Below are positions 52,000-64,000 of a stretch of 64,000 nt of DNA, one piece after another. Made by a program: the position numbers and the translations under genes. The stretch is taken from the NCBI GenBank assembly GCA_026770705.1, contig JANJGN010000008.1, positions 153,078,001 through 153,142,000 of the forward strand, written 5' to 3'. The stretch's first letter is position 1. Every line of letters begins with the position of its first letter. The notes under the pieces were generated by a model. It had not been told where the DNA came from and searched no databases. It worked only from the letters and a program-made list of their open reading frames with translations. This stretch comes from Isurus oxyrinchus (Eukaryota).

Positions 52000-52330
52000 T
52001 ATCATCACTGGACTAGTATTCTGGAGACTCAGGGTAATGTTCTGGGGACCTGGGTTCGAATCACATCATAACAGATGGTAAAATTTGAATTCAATAAAAT
52101 TCGGGAATTAAAAGCCTGATGATGACTACGAAACCATTGCTGATTGTCAGAAAAACCCACCTGGTTCACTAATGTCCTCCAGGTAAGGAAATCTGCCATC
52201 CTTACCTGGTCTGGCCTACATGTGATTCCAGGCCTGCAGCAATGTGGCTGACTCTTAAACGCCCTCTGAACAAGGGCAGCTAGGGATGGACAATAAATGC
52301 TGGCCACATCCCATGAACAAATAAAAAAAA
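52000..52330 (+). mobile_element. tRNA-derived SINE (same family as 12140-12453)
   Basis: B-box gggttcgaatc; tail taaatgctggccacatcccatgaac plus A-rich end. Confidence 0.8.
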
Positions 52331-53432
52331 AGTCTACAACAGGAGAAGACATGAGGTGAGGAAAACCCCCAGTGGTTGAGAGCTTTGCAACCCATTCCTG
52401 AGCCATCCTACATGTGCCTTATGTCATGTTTCTAATTACTCATACGCTGCATTCTAAAATATTATTTTCTGAATGAAATCTACATATTTAATTTGCATTT
52501 GAATGAATCAATACAAACCATTGCCACCATCTCCCTAGGGAACCCATTCCATGGATTGACCACTCACTCACTGAAACATTAGGGGCAATTTTAACTGAAC
52601 TCACCCTTCAGGAAACTAACAGCACTGTGTGCAATGCTGGTTTTACTCTTCATTGAAGTGAAGAAAGACTAATATCGGGCAGGACCCTACCTGAAAGCTT
52701 TGACAAAATTCTGCGCCCAACAGTGTTAACTTGCACTCAATTGTGAAAGCTGTGTTTGAAAGTGAATTTTTAAATTATCATTTGATATCTTAAAGTAATC
52801 AAGTGAAGGAACTGACCTGAACCTACATCAGTTGTGAATGTTTATTTGCTTGCAACTGTAGAAACAACATCAATTGCGAGCAGCAACCGTTCACTTGACA
52901 TCATTGGTGTTAGGTCAGCGATCAGCTAATTCCAGAGTGTGCTCACAGCCAGTGGGTTTCCCAATGGACAGATTACATTAGGATCACCCCCACTGAAGGG
53001 ACCACCTCAGTAGGCATTAAAAATCAAGCACATATCGTGGATCTGACGTTACCTAGGAAAGGTTCCAAGTCCTCTTTGTGATCTTGTGACCTAGTTTTTT
53101 TTTTAACCACAGTTTATGAGCTTTTAATAAAAGCAAAATACTGTGGGGATTTGAAATAAAAAAACAGAAAGTACTGGAAAAACTCAGCCAGTCTGGCAGC
53201 ATCTCTGGAGAGGGAAACAGATTTAACGTTTCCAATCCAAAATGATTCCTCTTCGGAATTCCTTCAATGATTTTTGACTGGTGTTAATTCACCCATTATT
53301 AGATTCATTGAGTTTAATTTCGCAACATGGCATGTTAGGGATTGGGCTGACTCTGTTCAGGACCCTGACCACTAAGGCTACTATGATTTGGTCATGTAGA
53401 TGTCATGATGAGATATTAATGTGAACAATGTT

Positions 53433-54935
53433 GTTGGAAATTATTTTTTAAAATAGAATTCTAGTGGGAGGGATCTGTGTCTAGCTATGTGTCTGTGTGT
53501 GTCTTAATTGGATTAAAGACAGCTAGTCTAGGTACTTTGATGTGTAGTAGTTTTGAGATGTTAATTGGGTGAACAATAAGGAGAACAGTAAGGTAATGTG
53601 TTCATTTGCATTTGTTGAATAAACAATTAAAGGCTGTGGGTAAAATCTTACACCTAGCTGGAAGAAGCCAAACGATGTGTTTAATTTTTCAGCGTACTAA
53701 TAAAGTTGGTGCTATGAAAGGGGTTTTATTGTTAGAAGAGCTGAAGGTCAAAAGACCTAGTGCAGGATCTTTAGGTTGGCAAGCGGGGGCGGAGCCTGCT
53801 CACCAGCGTGTAAAATGACGCAGGATGATGTCGGGCGGAACTCCTGACGTCACCCCGCATCATTTCAATTTTCAGGTCAGCAGGGCCGCAGCCAAGTCAG
53901 CTGTGTGTCCGCCGACCTGTCAATGGCCAATTGAGGCCATTGACAAAGTACTTAACGAAATTAATGGACCTGCCCACCCAACCTTAATGTTGGCGGGCAG
54001 GCCGGGAGCCCTGGCGGGCTTAAGAAAAACCATGAAACCTCATCCATGGGTAGGATGAGGTATCATGAGGGATTTTAAATTTTTAATAAAGGTTTCACTG
54101 AAAGTGATGGACATGTCCCAACTCATGTGACACTGTCACATGAGGGGACGTCAGGGAAATTTTGTATTTGTCTCTGTAACATTTTAAAATTTGGAGCCGA
54201 TCTCCCTGAAGCAGCACTTAGCCTCAGGGAAATCAGTGTGCTATTTCAAGCGCATACACAAAAGAGTGCAATCTTGGCTGAGGGAATCCCCCCCCCCACC
54301 TGCACAGGGAGCGCATAGCGCTTCCTGGTGGACGTCATGCTGGGTGGGCCGTAATTGACCCGCCCATATAAAATGGCGACATACCCCCAATCAGGGGCGC
54401 CGATCGGAGGCGCGCCTGCCCACACCCACTTCTGCACACCCTCCCCGACGGGGGGAAAATTCTTTGCCTAGTGATACAATGGAAAATTTACATTCAAAGG
54501 GAAAGCTAGGTCAATAAAGACAGGAATTTGTGTGTGTAAGGCAGAGGCATTTAAGACCTAACCAGCCTGTACGCCTCCAACCAACTTGCAAAGGAACTTC
54601 ATTTGGAATTCATAAGGTCAAATGTGCTTTCCTGGTGTCTATTTAAAGTTTATGGGTTACTGTTGCCTTAGTGGAGATTTTCCTGGGGGTGATTAATTTG
54701 GGTATTTAAAAAGTTATTATAGTAGTGATTTATAGTCATGTGTATGTGTTCAATTTGTTGTTAAATTAATAAATGTTTAATTTAGTTTTATATAAAAACT
54801 ATGGTGGTCTTATTCCTATTTAATTCAAAGGCTGCACCTCGAGATTACAAATTGCAAAAATGGATATGACAGTTGTTTGAAGTTTCCCCCTGGGATTTGA
54901 ACAACTCAGCCTTTACCATCAACTGGGTCATAATA
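53433..54935 (+). mobile_element. Probable solo LTR with a full-length Harbinger MITE inserted at 53761-54468
   Basis: tgttgg start, AATAAA near 54768, end caactgggtcataa like the 13746-15042 LTR; MITE flanked by tag/tag. Confidence 0.6.
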
Positions 54936-55745
54936 TAGAATCCAAAGTGAATGTGAATGATTTGCTCCAATAGAATTCCTTTTAACATGAAGGATAGTAA
55001 AGAACGTTCATCCACTAAAATTTTGTACAAAAGGTAGAATGGGAAATGATTTGGCCCATTGGAATTATCTACAATGGGAGTGGATGAGAAGCAATTAGAA
55101 CAGCAGTCTCCTTATTGTAGCTGATGGGCTATATGTGACCCCCTCAAACCTTGGCCGTCCAGACCCCAAAAGCCCAGTTCATACCATCTCAATTCAACTT
55201 ATGTTTCTTGACCACTGGTTTGTTTTGTTTGAATTTCATGGGCTTCGGGGCTGGATGTGGTGTTGTTTCCTTTTTTATGCATGAATACTAAGGCAGAACT
55301 CCAGTTAGCACCAGCCACTTGAGACCTATTCAAATGAACACGTAGCATGGGTTAGTCTTCAGATGTGGCCCCCAAGACTGTTATATGGCCCGCAAAGAGA
55401 TAAAATCTTTAATGCCTGTGCACTAGATTTCTATATAATGGGAGTGAACATCAAGTGCTTTAGTACGTTAGAATTCAGTGCTTGGATCAGATATAGTGGA
55501 TGGACTACACTGATGATTAAAAAAAAACACATCTAAGAGGTAATAATGGGATTCAGTCTACTGCAGTCATGTCTTCTTGATGAATGGGCTAGATAAAACA
55601 AGCCATGCATCCTGATTTCCCTATGGTCTATCATTTATGTCTTGGCTGTTAAACACTTTCCATTTTCTCATTTTGCAGCACAGAACTAATAGTAATCCAC
55701 ATTCAGCAGAACTCTTGCTTTCTTGAAAAGTCTCCTCAACATACA

Positions 55746-55913
55746 AAACAAAAACAGAAATACCTGGAAAAATTCAGCAGTTCTGTTGAAGGGTCATGAG
55801 GACTCGAAACGTCAACTTTGTTCTTCTCCGCCGATGCTGCCAGACCTGCTGAGTTTTTCCAGGTATTTCTGTTTTTGTTTTGGATTTCCAGCATCCGCAG
55901 TTTTTTGTTTTTA
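55746..55913. mobile_element. Short inverted Penelope family 1 insertion with 15-bp TSD and near-intact hammerhead (55779-55817)
   Basis: TSD tctcctcaacataca at 55731-55745 and 55914-55928; agttctgttgaagggtcatgaggactcgaaacgtcaact. Confidence 0.85.
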
Positions 55914-56184
55914 TCTCCTCAACATACACTCGGGCCTCAAAATCTACCTTGAGGAGATAATGAACAAACATTCAATGCGTACCCCTGGATCCCTTCTCTC
56001 TGTGCCTTTACAGAGGCCCTTTAAAATAATTGGGTCACCATAGGTACAGTTGGGAGGAATTTCATTGAGATTGAATCTCTAATTTTCCATCCATTAACAT
56101 GGAAATAAAATAAGATCAGCCTTTAAGTGCTGATATTCATATCCCACAGCATCATTTCGGGGCTTATAAGTAAATCTGCCTATT

Positions 56185-56510
56185 GTTGAAAAGAGAGAGA
56201 TGTTGCTGAAGATTTTTGTCTTGCACTCATCAGGACCAACTCAAGAATGCCAAATTTCAAACGATCACAACAATTGATACTGCAGGAGAAAAGGGTCCTG
56301 ATTGGCTGACAAGTTGACTCTGATTGGCCGAGGCATTACTATGCAGAAAGCAGCACGGAATTATAGGCTCCCCCAAGCTCCTGGGTAATTCAAAAAAAGG
56401 GAAAGGCTTGAACATAGTCCTTTTAATTGCAGAAAACAGGTCCCTGCGTATGAAAAAATGTCGCCTCTAGCAAGTGTAAATGAGCCACTGATTATCTTAA
56501 ATTGGTTGTG
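56185..56510 (-). mobile_element. Penelope family 2 3' portion with degenerate hammerhead
   Basis: gtcttgcactcatcaggac and following sequence match 48072-48330. Confidence 0.7.
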
Positions 56511-56824
56511 AGTGTTTAAATCTGGCTACTTCACTGAAAGGCAAGGCCAGGTCTGCAGCAGCCCCCAGTCCTTCTTGTGGAGCCAGGAGGTGCAATCCTG
56601 TTCCTTCTGGCTGCACAGAAATGGAACTGTGAAAAAAAAGTTACTCGTCTTTTCGTGGGCAGCCTCCAGTGACACATTGAAAGAGAGACTGACAGTCAGG
56701 CTGACGAAGAGCCAGAACAACTGAAAGGAGCAGGTACAGTACAACCTCCACGTAGCTGATTACCACTTTTGCATCGGGATCGTAAGCTGATGTTAGAGCC
56801 CCAGTTTGTTTTTTTTTAAAATAC

Positions 56825-57150
56825 ATTCACGGGACGTGGGCTTTGCTGGCTAGGCCAGCATTTATTGCCCATCCCTAATTGCCCTTGAGAAGGTGGTGGT
56901 GAGCTGCCTTCTTGAACCGCTGCAGTCCATGTGGTGTAGGTACATCCACGGTGCGGTTAGGGGGGGAGTTCCAGGATTTTGACCCAGCGACAGTGAAGGA
57001 ATGGGCGATATATTTCCAAATCAGGATGGTGAGCGGCTTGGAGGGGAACTTCCAGGTGGTGGTGTTCCCATGTGTCTGCTGCCGTTGTCTTAGATGGCAG
57101 TGGTTGTGAGTTTGGAAGCTGCGATCGAAGGAGCCTTGGTGAATTCCTGC
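56825..57150 (-). mobile_element. CR1-clade LINE 3' end
   Basis: ORF 56875..57159 SFTVAGSKSWNSPP..HGLQRFKKAAHHHLLKGN*. Confidence 0.85.
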
Positions 57151-58575
57151 AGTGTACACTCATGCCTCCTAATGCCTGCTTCAGGCAGCCGTCCTGCACA
57201 TTTGGATACCCTGAGCTGCTAATTTGGTAGTCAAAACACCTCTGGTCAATATCAAGAGCGAAAAATTAGCAGCTGAAATTTGTCAGTTGCACAGACACAG
57301 GGGGATGAAGGTCATCCTTCCTTGCTGTAAGTTTCTAGGATCCTGCTGAACCTTAGTTTTTCAACCAAGAGAAAGGCAGATTCAGCAAGGTCCAATGTCT
57401 TGACACAAGTGTATGAGAAGTGGCAATTTGCCTCAGTAATTTCACAAGCTGCCATGAAAAGGAGCTCTAGCAAGTTAGAAATAAGAAATAAAAAACAAAG
57501 TGCTGGAGTCAGACAGCTGGGTGAACCTATGGGGATAAAATGGACAAGGGAGGCCATCTGAACTGTCAAGGTGACTTCATCTAGAGATAGTTCAGCTGCA
57601 TACACAATTCATCCAGTTACTTCATCCCCCTGGAGAGGCAAAACAAAACCTGAAGCTGTTTCATGAAATATTCCTCTAGTGAGCGTCTGGGAGGGTGAGA
57701 CCCATTCATATTTCAACTGTGGCCTTTCAGTCACAGAACAAAGTGTCTGATCCAGAAGGTTAACCTATTTCTTCTCTTACATACATGCCATATGGGTCTA
57801 GCAATCTCTGCTTTTGTCTCTATTGAAATTTATGCAAAATATTGTAAATAACCTTGACATTAAATCTTAAATGGAATCAATGTGTGTTAAATTATTCCAT
57901 GCACGTTGCTTTGCAGCACATTTCACAACAGGGAAAATCGCTTTTTGCTTCAACCGTTCACTGAATTGTTCATCTTGGGTCCAAGCCCTCCACTATAGGA
58001 CTTGAACACAGAACCTGGGCTGGCCATTCAACATTCTACTGAGGGAGTGCTGCATTGGTGGAAAATGCTGGCTGTCAGATCAGTGGGCCATGTTGAGTCC
58101 TGCAGACACAAAAGGTCGCATAGTGCAAGGAAATATTGCATCTAACCTGCATTCTAGTGTAAATGCTGGTGTAAACACTGAAGTCTATTCATAATATAAC
58201 CTGCTGGTCTACCTAAAAGAGATACAAATTATAGATTTTCTTTTATAGTTACTCACTGGTTGACTTTCTGTGATCTTGTGCACCCAGGGGCCAATGCTAA
58301 GTCTAGCCTTTAGAATAAGCAACCCTAGAGAGCAATGAGTAATTGAACCAGGATGTGTGGACATAACTCATTTCCCATTTTGAAGATAACGCATAATGAA
58401 TAAAATGACAATGATAAATGAGGCTTCTTTAGACAGGGACTGCACATAGATAGAAGCTTTTGAAGAGATTATATTGATATTTTCATAGAGCGAGATGAAA
58501 TAAGGTGGGAGGAAGCTCGTGTGGTGCCTAAACTTGGACATAAACCTGGGCCTAAAGGCCTGTTTCTAAGCTATA

Positions 58576-58700
58576 GGCTGGGATTTTCCAGCCCTGTCGT
58601 GGGTGGGACCCGCCGCGGGGGAGGCGGTGTCCCAGCCAGGAGTCCATTGACTTGCGGCGGGACCGGAAGATCCCAGCGGTGAGTGCGGGAAATCCTGCCC
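58576..58700. mobile_element. Short PIF/Harbinger-type MITE (125 bp; same family as 48440-48568)
   Basis: ata|ggctgggattttcc ... ggaaatcctgccc|ata. Confidence 0.75.
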
Positions 58701-59120
58701 ATAAATTCTATGTAAAGATATGTAATTTCCATGAACGTTATTCTTTTCAAATCTGAAGGACCAGACAATTGGTGCCCTAAGCAAGCCACCATTTCGACAG
58801 AAGTTAGCTGTACCAAGCAGCTCCCCAAAAAATTATGTCAAAATCCAGGAAGGATAGGAAACAGCCACCGTTCCCTCAACATTGAACAGATCAAAATCAT
58901 GGATGTAGCACTAGTAATGCAAAAGAATTTCTTTTTTTTAACAGTCACAATATTAGCTTAGTTAAATTGCACATGCTGATGTCGACATCATTGAATCTGG
59001 AACCACACCGAGATATAATTGGCAGAATGAATCACTGCCGGCTTTGTCAGAGTAGATTAATAATGGGAGTATGTGCATTGTGATTCCAGTAGCTTTAATT
59101 AAAAAAAAACAATGCTTTAC

Positions 59121-59220
59121 CATCCAATTCCTTGCGTGGGATCATCCAGTAAAACCCGGAATATGTACAGAATGCAGGTGAGCACCTTCAGGGAGAAGTT
59201 AAAGAGTCGTATTCTTAAAC
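59121..59220 (-). CDS. KCNT1: KCNT channel coding exon (100 bp; S1 segment)
   Basis: ctttctgtcattacag|GT TTA AGA ATA CGA ... ATT GGA TG|gtaaag; encodes [32 protein letters not shown](C). Confidence 0.96.
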
Positions 59221-59549
59221 CTGTAATGACAGAAAGCCAAAGCACCCTTGATTTAGGATCATTTGAAATGAAAGAATCAATGAATTAAAGGAGTGTCAAG
59301 TCTGGCTCAGTTGATATCACCTTTGTCACCGAGTCGGGGAAGCTGTAGGCAATCTTAACTTAGACTTTAGTGGAATACTGAAGGAGGGTTGCAAGGTCAT
59401 GAGAGCTGAAGTTTGCATGAGATGTTAAACAAAGTCACTTTTGGAAAAGTTTTGAAAAGTTCAAAACATGCAATAAATACAATATTTGAAGAAAACAATC
59501 ATGGCATGCGTTGATGAAATGGTGCTTCCCTGACAGAATAAAAATGGTA

Positions 59550-59879
59550 TACTGTAACCTCTCCTGACTGAAAATCTATTGTTCAGAAACACCCATTGTC
59601 CAGAAATATTTTGAGCAGAGTCAAGCAGCTCCTGGCATCATTTTAGTACACTATTTTGGCAGCGGAAACATGGAGGGCACAGTATTTGGAATAAGTCGAA
59701 CAATTCTTATCACTTGTGTTTTATCACTGTTTTATGCTCCTGGTGGATATTTGGATCTAGAGTGTTTACTGGTCCTCACACTTGTGTTTAGGCATTCTAA
59801 CCTCATTCTACAGTCCAGAAAATTCCAAAATCCACAAATTACTTGGTCCCAAGCATTTTGAACAGGAGAGGTTCCAGTG
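59550..59879. mobile_element. Tc1/mariner (Tigger/pogo-like) MITE
   Basis: TA|tactgtaacctctcctg ... caggagaggttccagtg|TA: TIRs plus TA duplication. Confidence 0.7.
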
Positions 59880-60449
59880 TACAACGAATCAGGTACACGT
59901 GTAGTTGAGAGGTACGTCAGCCACTAGAGGGAGAAATGTGCAAATTACAAATCCAACTTCAGCAACCAATTTCATGCCACATGTCAGAAAGAATTACACT
60001 GCGACAGCTCATCTCTTTGAGGGGTTTTATCCTTTTAGGCTGACCCAATTGACAAATGTATTATTTTCCTGCGATGCTGCAAAATTGAAACTTCCCTGGG
60101 AATCCTGGTTTCAAGCTTAATTCTGAGTGTGTCAATCTCAACGAGCTTTGCCATCGATGATGTCTCCTTAAGCCGTGGTTCTCTGACGTTTTTTTTCACA
60201 TTTGTTTGAGCAAATAAGTCATATTGAAGAAAGCTGCTTCTATCTGAGCTCAGCAAACCTGTATTCTTCAAACATCAGGAAAACACTTAAAAGCTGTTCA
60301 GCAATGACTTGCATTTATATTCCACCTTTAACATGGTAAAATGACACAGGGGTGATGGCAGACAAAATTTAACACCAAGCCACAGATATTAGGTTAGATT
60401 GCCAAAGCTTGATGGAAGAGGTAGGTCTTAAGAAGTGTTGTAAAGGAAC

Positions 60450-60858
60450 ATAGGATACTTTAGGGGAAATTGTTCCCATTTTTGGAAGGACCGAGAACAA
60501 GGGGCAAAAGAAGCAATGGTGACATGAGGAAAAACTTTCTCACACAGCAAGGTGAAGTTACAATCAGATCAGCCATGATCTCATTGAGTGGCGGAAGGAG
60601 CAGGCTCAAGGGGCTGAGTGGCCTACTCCTGCTCCTAATTCACATGTTTGTATGTTCGTAAGTGGTTAGGATCTGGAATGCACTGCCTGAGATTGTGGTG
60701 GAGACAGGTTCAATTGAGGCGTCCAAGAGGGAACCGGACTATTATCTGAGAAGGAAGAATATGCAGGGTGAGTAGTACTGGGTGAATTGTTCCTTCAGAG
60801 TGTCAGCACAGACAGAACAGGCCAAGTGGCCTCCTTCTGTGCTTTAACCATTCTGTTA
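60450..60858 (+). mobile_element. CR1 LINE 3' fragment with a nested CR1 tail
   Basis: FPFLEGPRTRG..MRKNFLTQ interrupted by a second tail (60560-60660), resuming gtggttaggatctggaatgcactgcctg. Confidence 0.7.
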
Positions 60859-61109
60859 CTGAGAAATTCGGGAAATTCGGGTCTCAGCAGCTCAATACTC
60901 AACCTGATTGGCTGCATTATGAACACACCTTCCTTGACCACTAAGCCCTGGGGTGGAACTCAAACCCAGAGCTTCTGGCTCAGAGGTAGGGACGCTGCCC
61001 ACTGCACCACGAGACCTCTTCTCTGCCTTCACACTACACTTTAAATACAACAGTTACATATGCAAGACTTAAAAGCATCATTTAAACTGCCATTCATCAT
61101 GTGACACAG

Positions 61110-61915
61110 GTACAGTAGCATAGTGGGTATGTTACTGGACTAATAATCCAGAAGCTTGGGCTAAAAGTACAGAGATGCAAGTTCAAACCTCATCAGGTTG
61201 AATGTACTTAAATAAAGCTGAAATAAAAACCTATCAGTGTGACTAATGGTGGCGGTGGTGTTGTGGTATTGTCACTGGACTAGTAATCCAGAGGCCCAAG
61301 GTAATGCTCTGGGGACCAGGGCTTGAATCTCACCACGGTAGTTGGTGGAATTTGAAACCAACAGCAAAAAAAAATCTGATAATGACCATGAAACCATTGT
61401 TGTAAAAACCCATTTGGTTCACTAATGTCCTTTAGGGAAGGTGATTCTGTGGTTCTGCGAAATCTACCATCCTTACCTGGTCTGGCCCATATATGACCCG
61501 AGATCCACAGCAATGTAGTTGACTCTTAAAAATGCCCTCTGAACAAGGGCAATTAGGGATTGACACTAAATGCTGGCGAGCCAGCAACTCCCACATCCCA
61601 TGAATGAATAAAAAATATGGTGACCACAAAACTACCACATTATGGTAAAAATCCAGCTGGGTGCATTAATGTCTTTTCGGGAAAACCCCTTGGGCTACAA
61701 GTGACTCAAGACCCAGAACAATATGGCTGACTCTTAATGACCTCTGAAATGGCCCAGCAAGCCGCTCAGCTGCATCAAAGCTGTTCCCAAAAGACTATAA
61801 TTCATATGGAAATTGCAGCAGTCCAACAAGACAGCTCACCACTGCCTCCTCAATTAGGAATGGGCAACAAGTTCTGACCTTGCCAGCAACACCCACATCC
61901 TGTGAATAAATAAAT
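61110..61915 (+). mobile_element. Nested SINEs: younger copy 61250-61615 inside an older copy of the same family
   Basis: Older head at 61110-61245 and older 3' half at 61617-61915 flank an intact copy. Confidence 0.7.
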
Positions 61916-62722
61916 CAAAAACTATCTAATGAAATGTCATTTGTAACGACAAGCCTTGGCTGCACTTTACTTCGTTTTAGCTGGTTTCAGTGATTCTTCT
62001 TTGCAATGTTAATTTTGGCTGTCACATAGTGTCACATCATGTCCAACCTGTATCTCATTTTAATAACAATGCCACTAAATTGAGTAAGTGGGCTGGGATG
62101 GCTCATTAAGGATCAGCATTTCCCAGAATTTTCTACCTGTATCTCTTCCCCACTCCCAAATTCAGTTGCCTTTCCTCACCTTTTCTTCTTGCTTGAATAG
62201 CCGCTGTTTACCTAACAAGTTCAGCATTTTTATTTTGTGTTTCCCTGGGAAGGATGTGACCGAATTCTTCCCTGGTCTGACAAATTAATAGGTTTAATGC
62301 AGCCTGACGTTATAAACACACATTCCCTCTTCTTTCCATCTAAGTGGGCATAGCATGCAGACAAAGCAAATGCATAGGAAATTACACAATGACTTAAGAC
62401 TTCACAAATTATTTTAATTTATGCAAGTTAACAATGTTATCGCTCATAGTGGCTACATGGCGTTGCCACTCATATTACTGTCTGGGGATTTTACAGTGTG
62501 CAAAGTGGCTGTGGCATTTTTCAAGCACTCCACCAAAATATTTAGTTGCATGCCAAGTCCTTCAAGATGTTTCTGAGAGATGTGTTAAGACACTACATAA
62601 ATGCAAGTGTTGTTTTATTAATTCTGTGTTTGACTGCTCTGTGGATTACGATACAGTTTTCCGTTACAAGTGTGAAACAGTGTTGTTGGGGATTTATTTC
62701 TGCAACCATCCTGGCCATTTCA

Positions 62723-62863
<141 letters not shown>

Positions 62864-64000
62864 TCAGTCTTCATATTATTATTTGTAGTGTTCATACATA
62901 ACACCACCCNNNNNNNNNNNNNNNNNNNNNNNNNNNNNNNNNNNNNNNNNNNNNNNNNNNNNNNNNNNNNNNNNNNNNNNNNNNNNNNNNNNNNNNNNNN
63001 NNNNNNNNNNNNNNNNNNNNNNNNNNNNNNNNNNNNNNNNNNNNNNNNNNNNNNNNNNNNNNNNNNNNNNNNNNNNNNNNNNNNNNNNNNNNNNGGTATA
63101 AACAGTGGGGTAGAGATCGAAGTAGTCAACACACTGGCCAGTGCTGCACAATCATTTCCCCCTGAGGTTCACTCAGCAGCCCAGCTGTGCGGCCGAGTCA
63201 GATGGGAGCCTCATGAATCCATTATTACAATCTTGTTGGAAATGTGGCCAGCAGTGGAAGTAAATGCATAAAGCATGCAACAGGTTGAATTAAGAAAGTG
63301 AGCATCTGTAATGTGTGTGCTGTATCATGTTTACCAGTAAAACAATGCAATCCTAAAGTATCACATGACAAGCATGTACTTAAACATTCCACTTCACCAC
63401 TAACATTATTGTGCGTCATGATACACAGCTGAGAAACATTCTGCTTGTGTGTAACACGATTGTAAATGCAGTCTGAGGGCTTCCTCTGCTCCATATTTCT
63501 AGTTCTTTTAGAATGTCTTTATAAAATATTCTCAGGTTAGTTAACGGGAGCCCCATTATGATCTTGCTGCATTTGGTAATCCTTGATTTCCAGGTCAGTG
63601 CTTTACATTCCTTCTTCATATTTCCCCAGAGGGGCCATCAGAAGTTTTGTGCTGTATGGTTCACGAGTGTCACAAGAACTCAAATGAGCCAGAAACTGGA
63701 CACAAACATCAATCGTGGATCACCACAAACAGTAAGTGCACCCAGACAGCAGCAAGGCTTTGAAAAATGCTTAAAACAGTTTATGACCTAAAAATAATAC
63801 AAACTGCAGACTTAATGGTTTATGGAAGAAAGCCCCCTATGGGCATCATAACCCATTTATGCCTGTGGCTTTACAGTGCAACCAGGTGGGTAATTTCTCA
63901 TACACTGTGAGACCCCAAGATGTAATGAATGTTTCACTGTTGCCCAGAAATGGTGTTATGAATTACTAACCACCAAAAGTTTAACATGTTCATCTCAATG

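Noticed and set aside
57312-57605. 97-aa minus-strand ORF within a KCNT intron
   Set aside because: No KCNT or other recognisable homology; the exon chain is complete without it

Overview
Eukaryotic, repeat-rich vertebrate DNA. The repeat inventory (DeuSINE, CR1/L2 LINEs, abundant Penelope-like elements) points to a cartilaginous fish, probably a shark. The window lies inside one minus-strand gene for a sodium-activated K+ channel of the KCNT/Slo2 family. Eight consecutive GT-AG coding exons (80, 100, 57, 49, 60, 75, 84, 95 bp) splice in frame to give the N-terminal cytosolic segment through the start of S5. The first exons and the pore exon were not found in the window. The protein mixes KCNT1- and KCNT2-type residues and has two unusual Ser substitutions in the S4-S5/S5 gating region. 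The introns contain two families of Penelope-like retroelements (PLEs) carrying minimal hammerhead ribozyme motifs, several arranged as inverted pairs with 14-16 bp target duplications. They also contain more than a dozen PIF/Harbinger-type MITEs, solo LTRs, CR1/L2/RTE fragments, two SINE families, a Tigger-like MITE and a locally generated ~440-bp inverted duplication. Nearly all ORFs in the supplied track are spurious or TE-derived. Family assignments rest on recalled motifs, not database searches.
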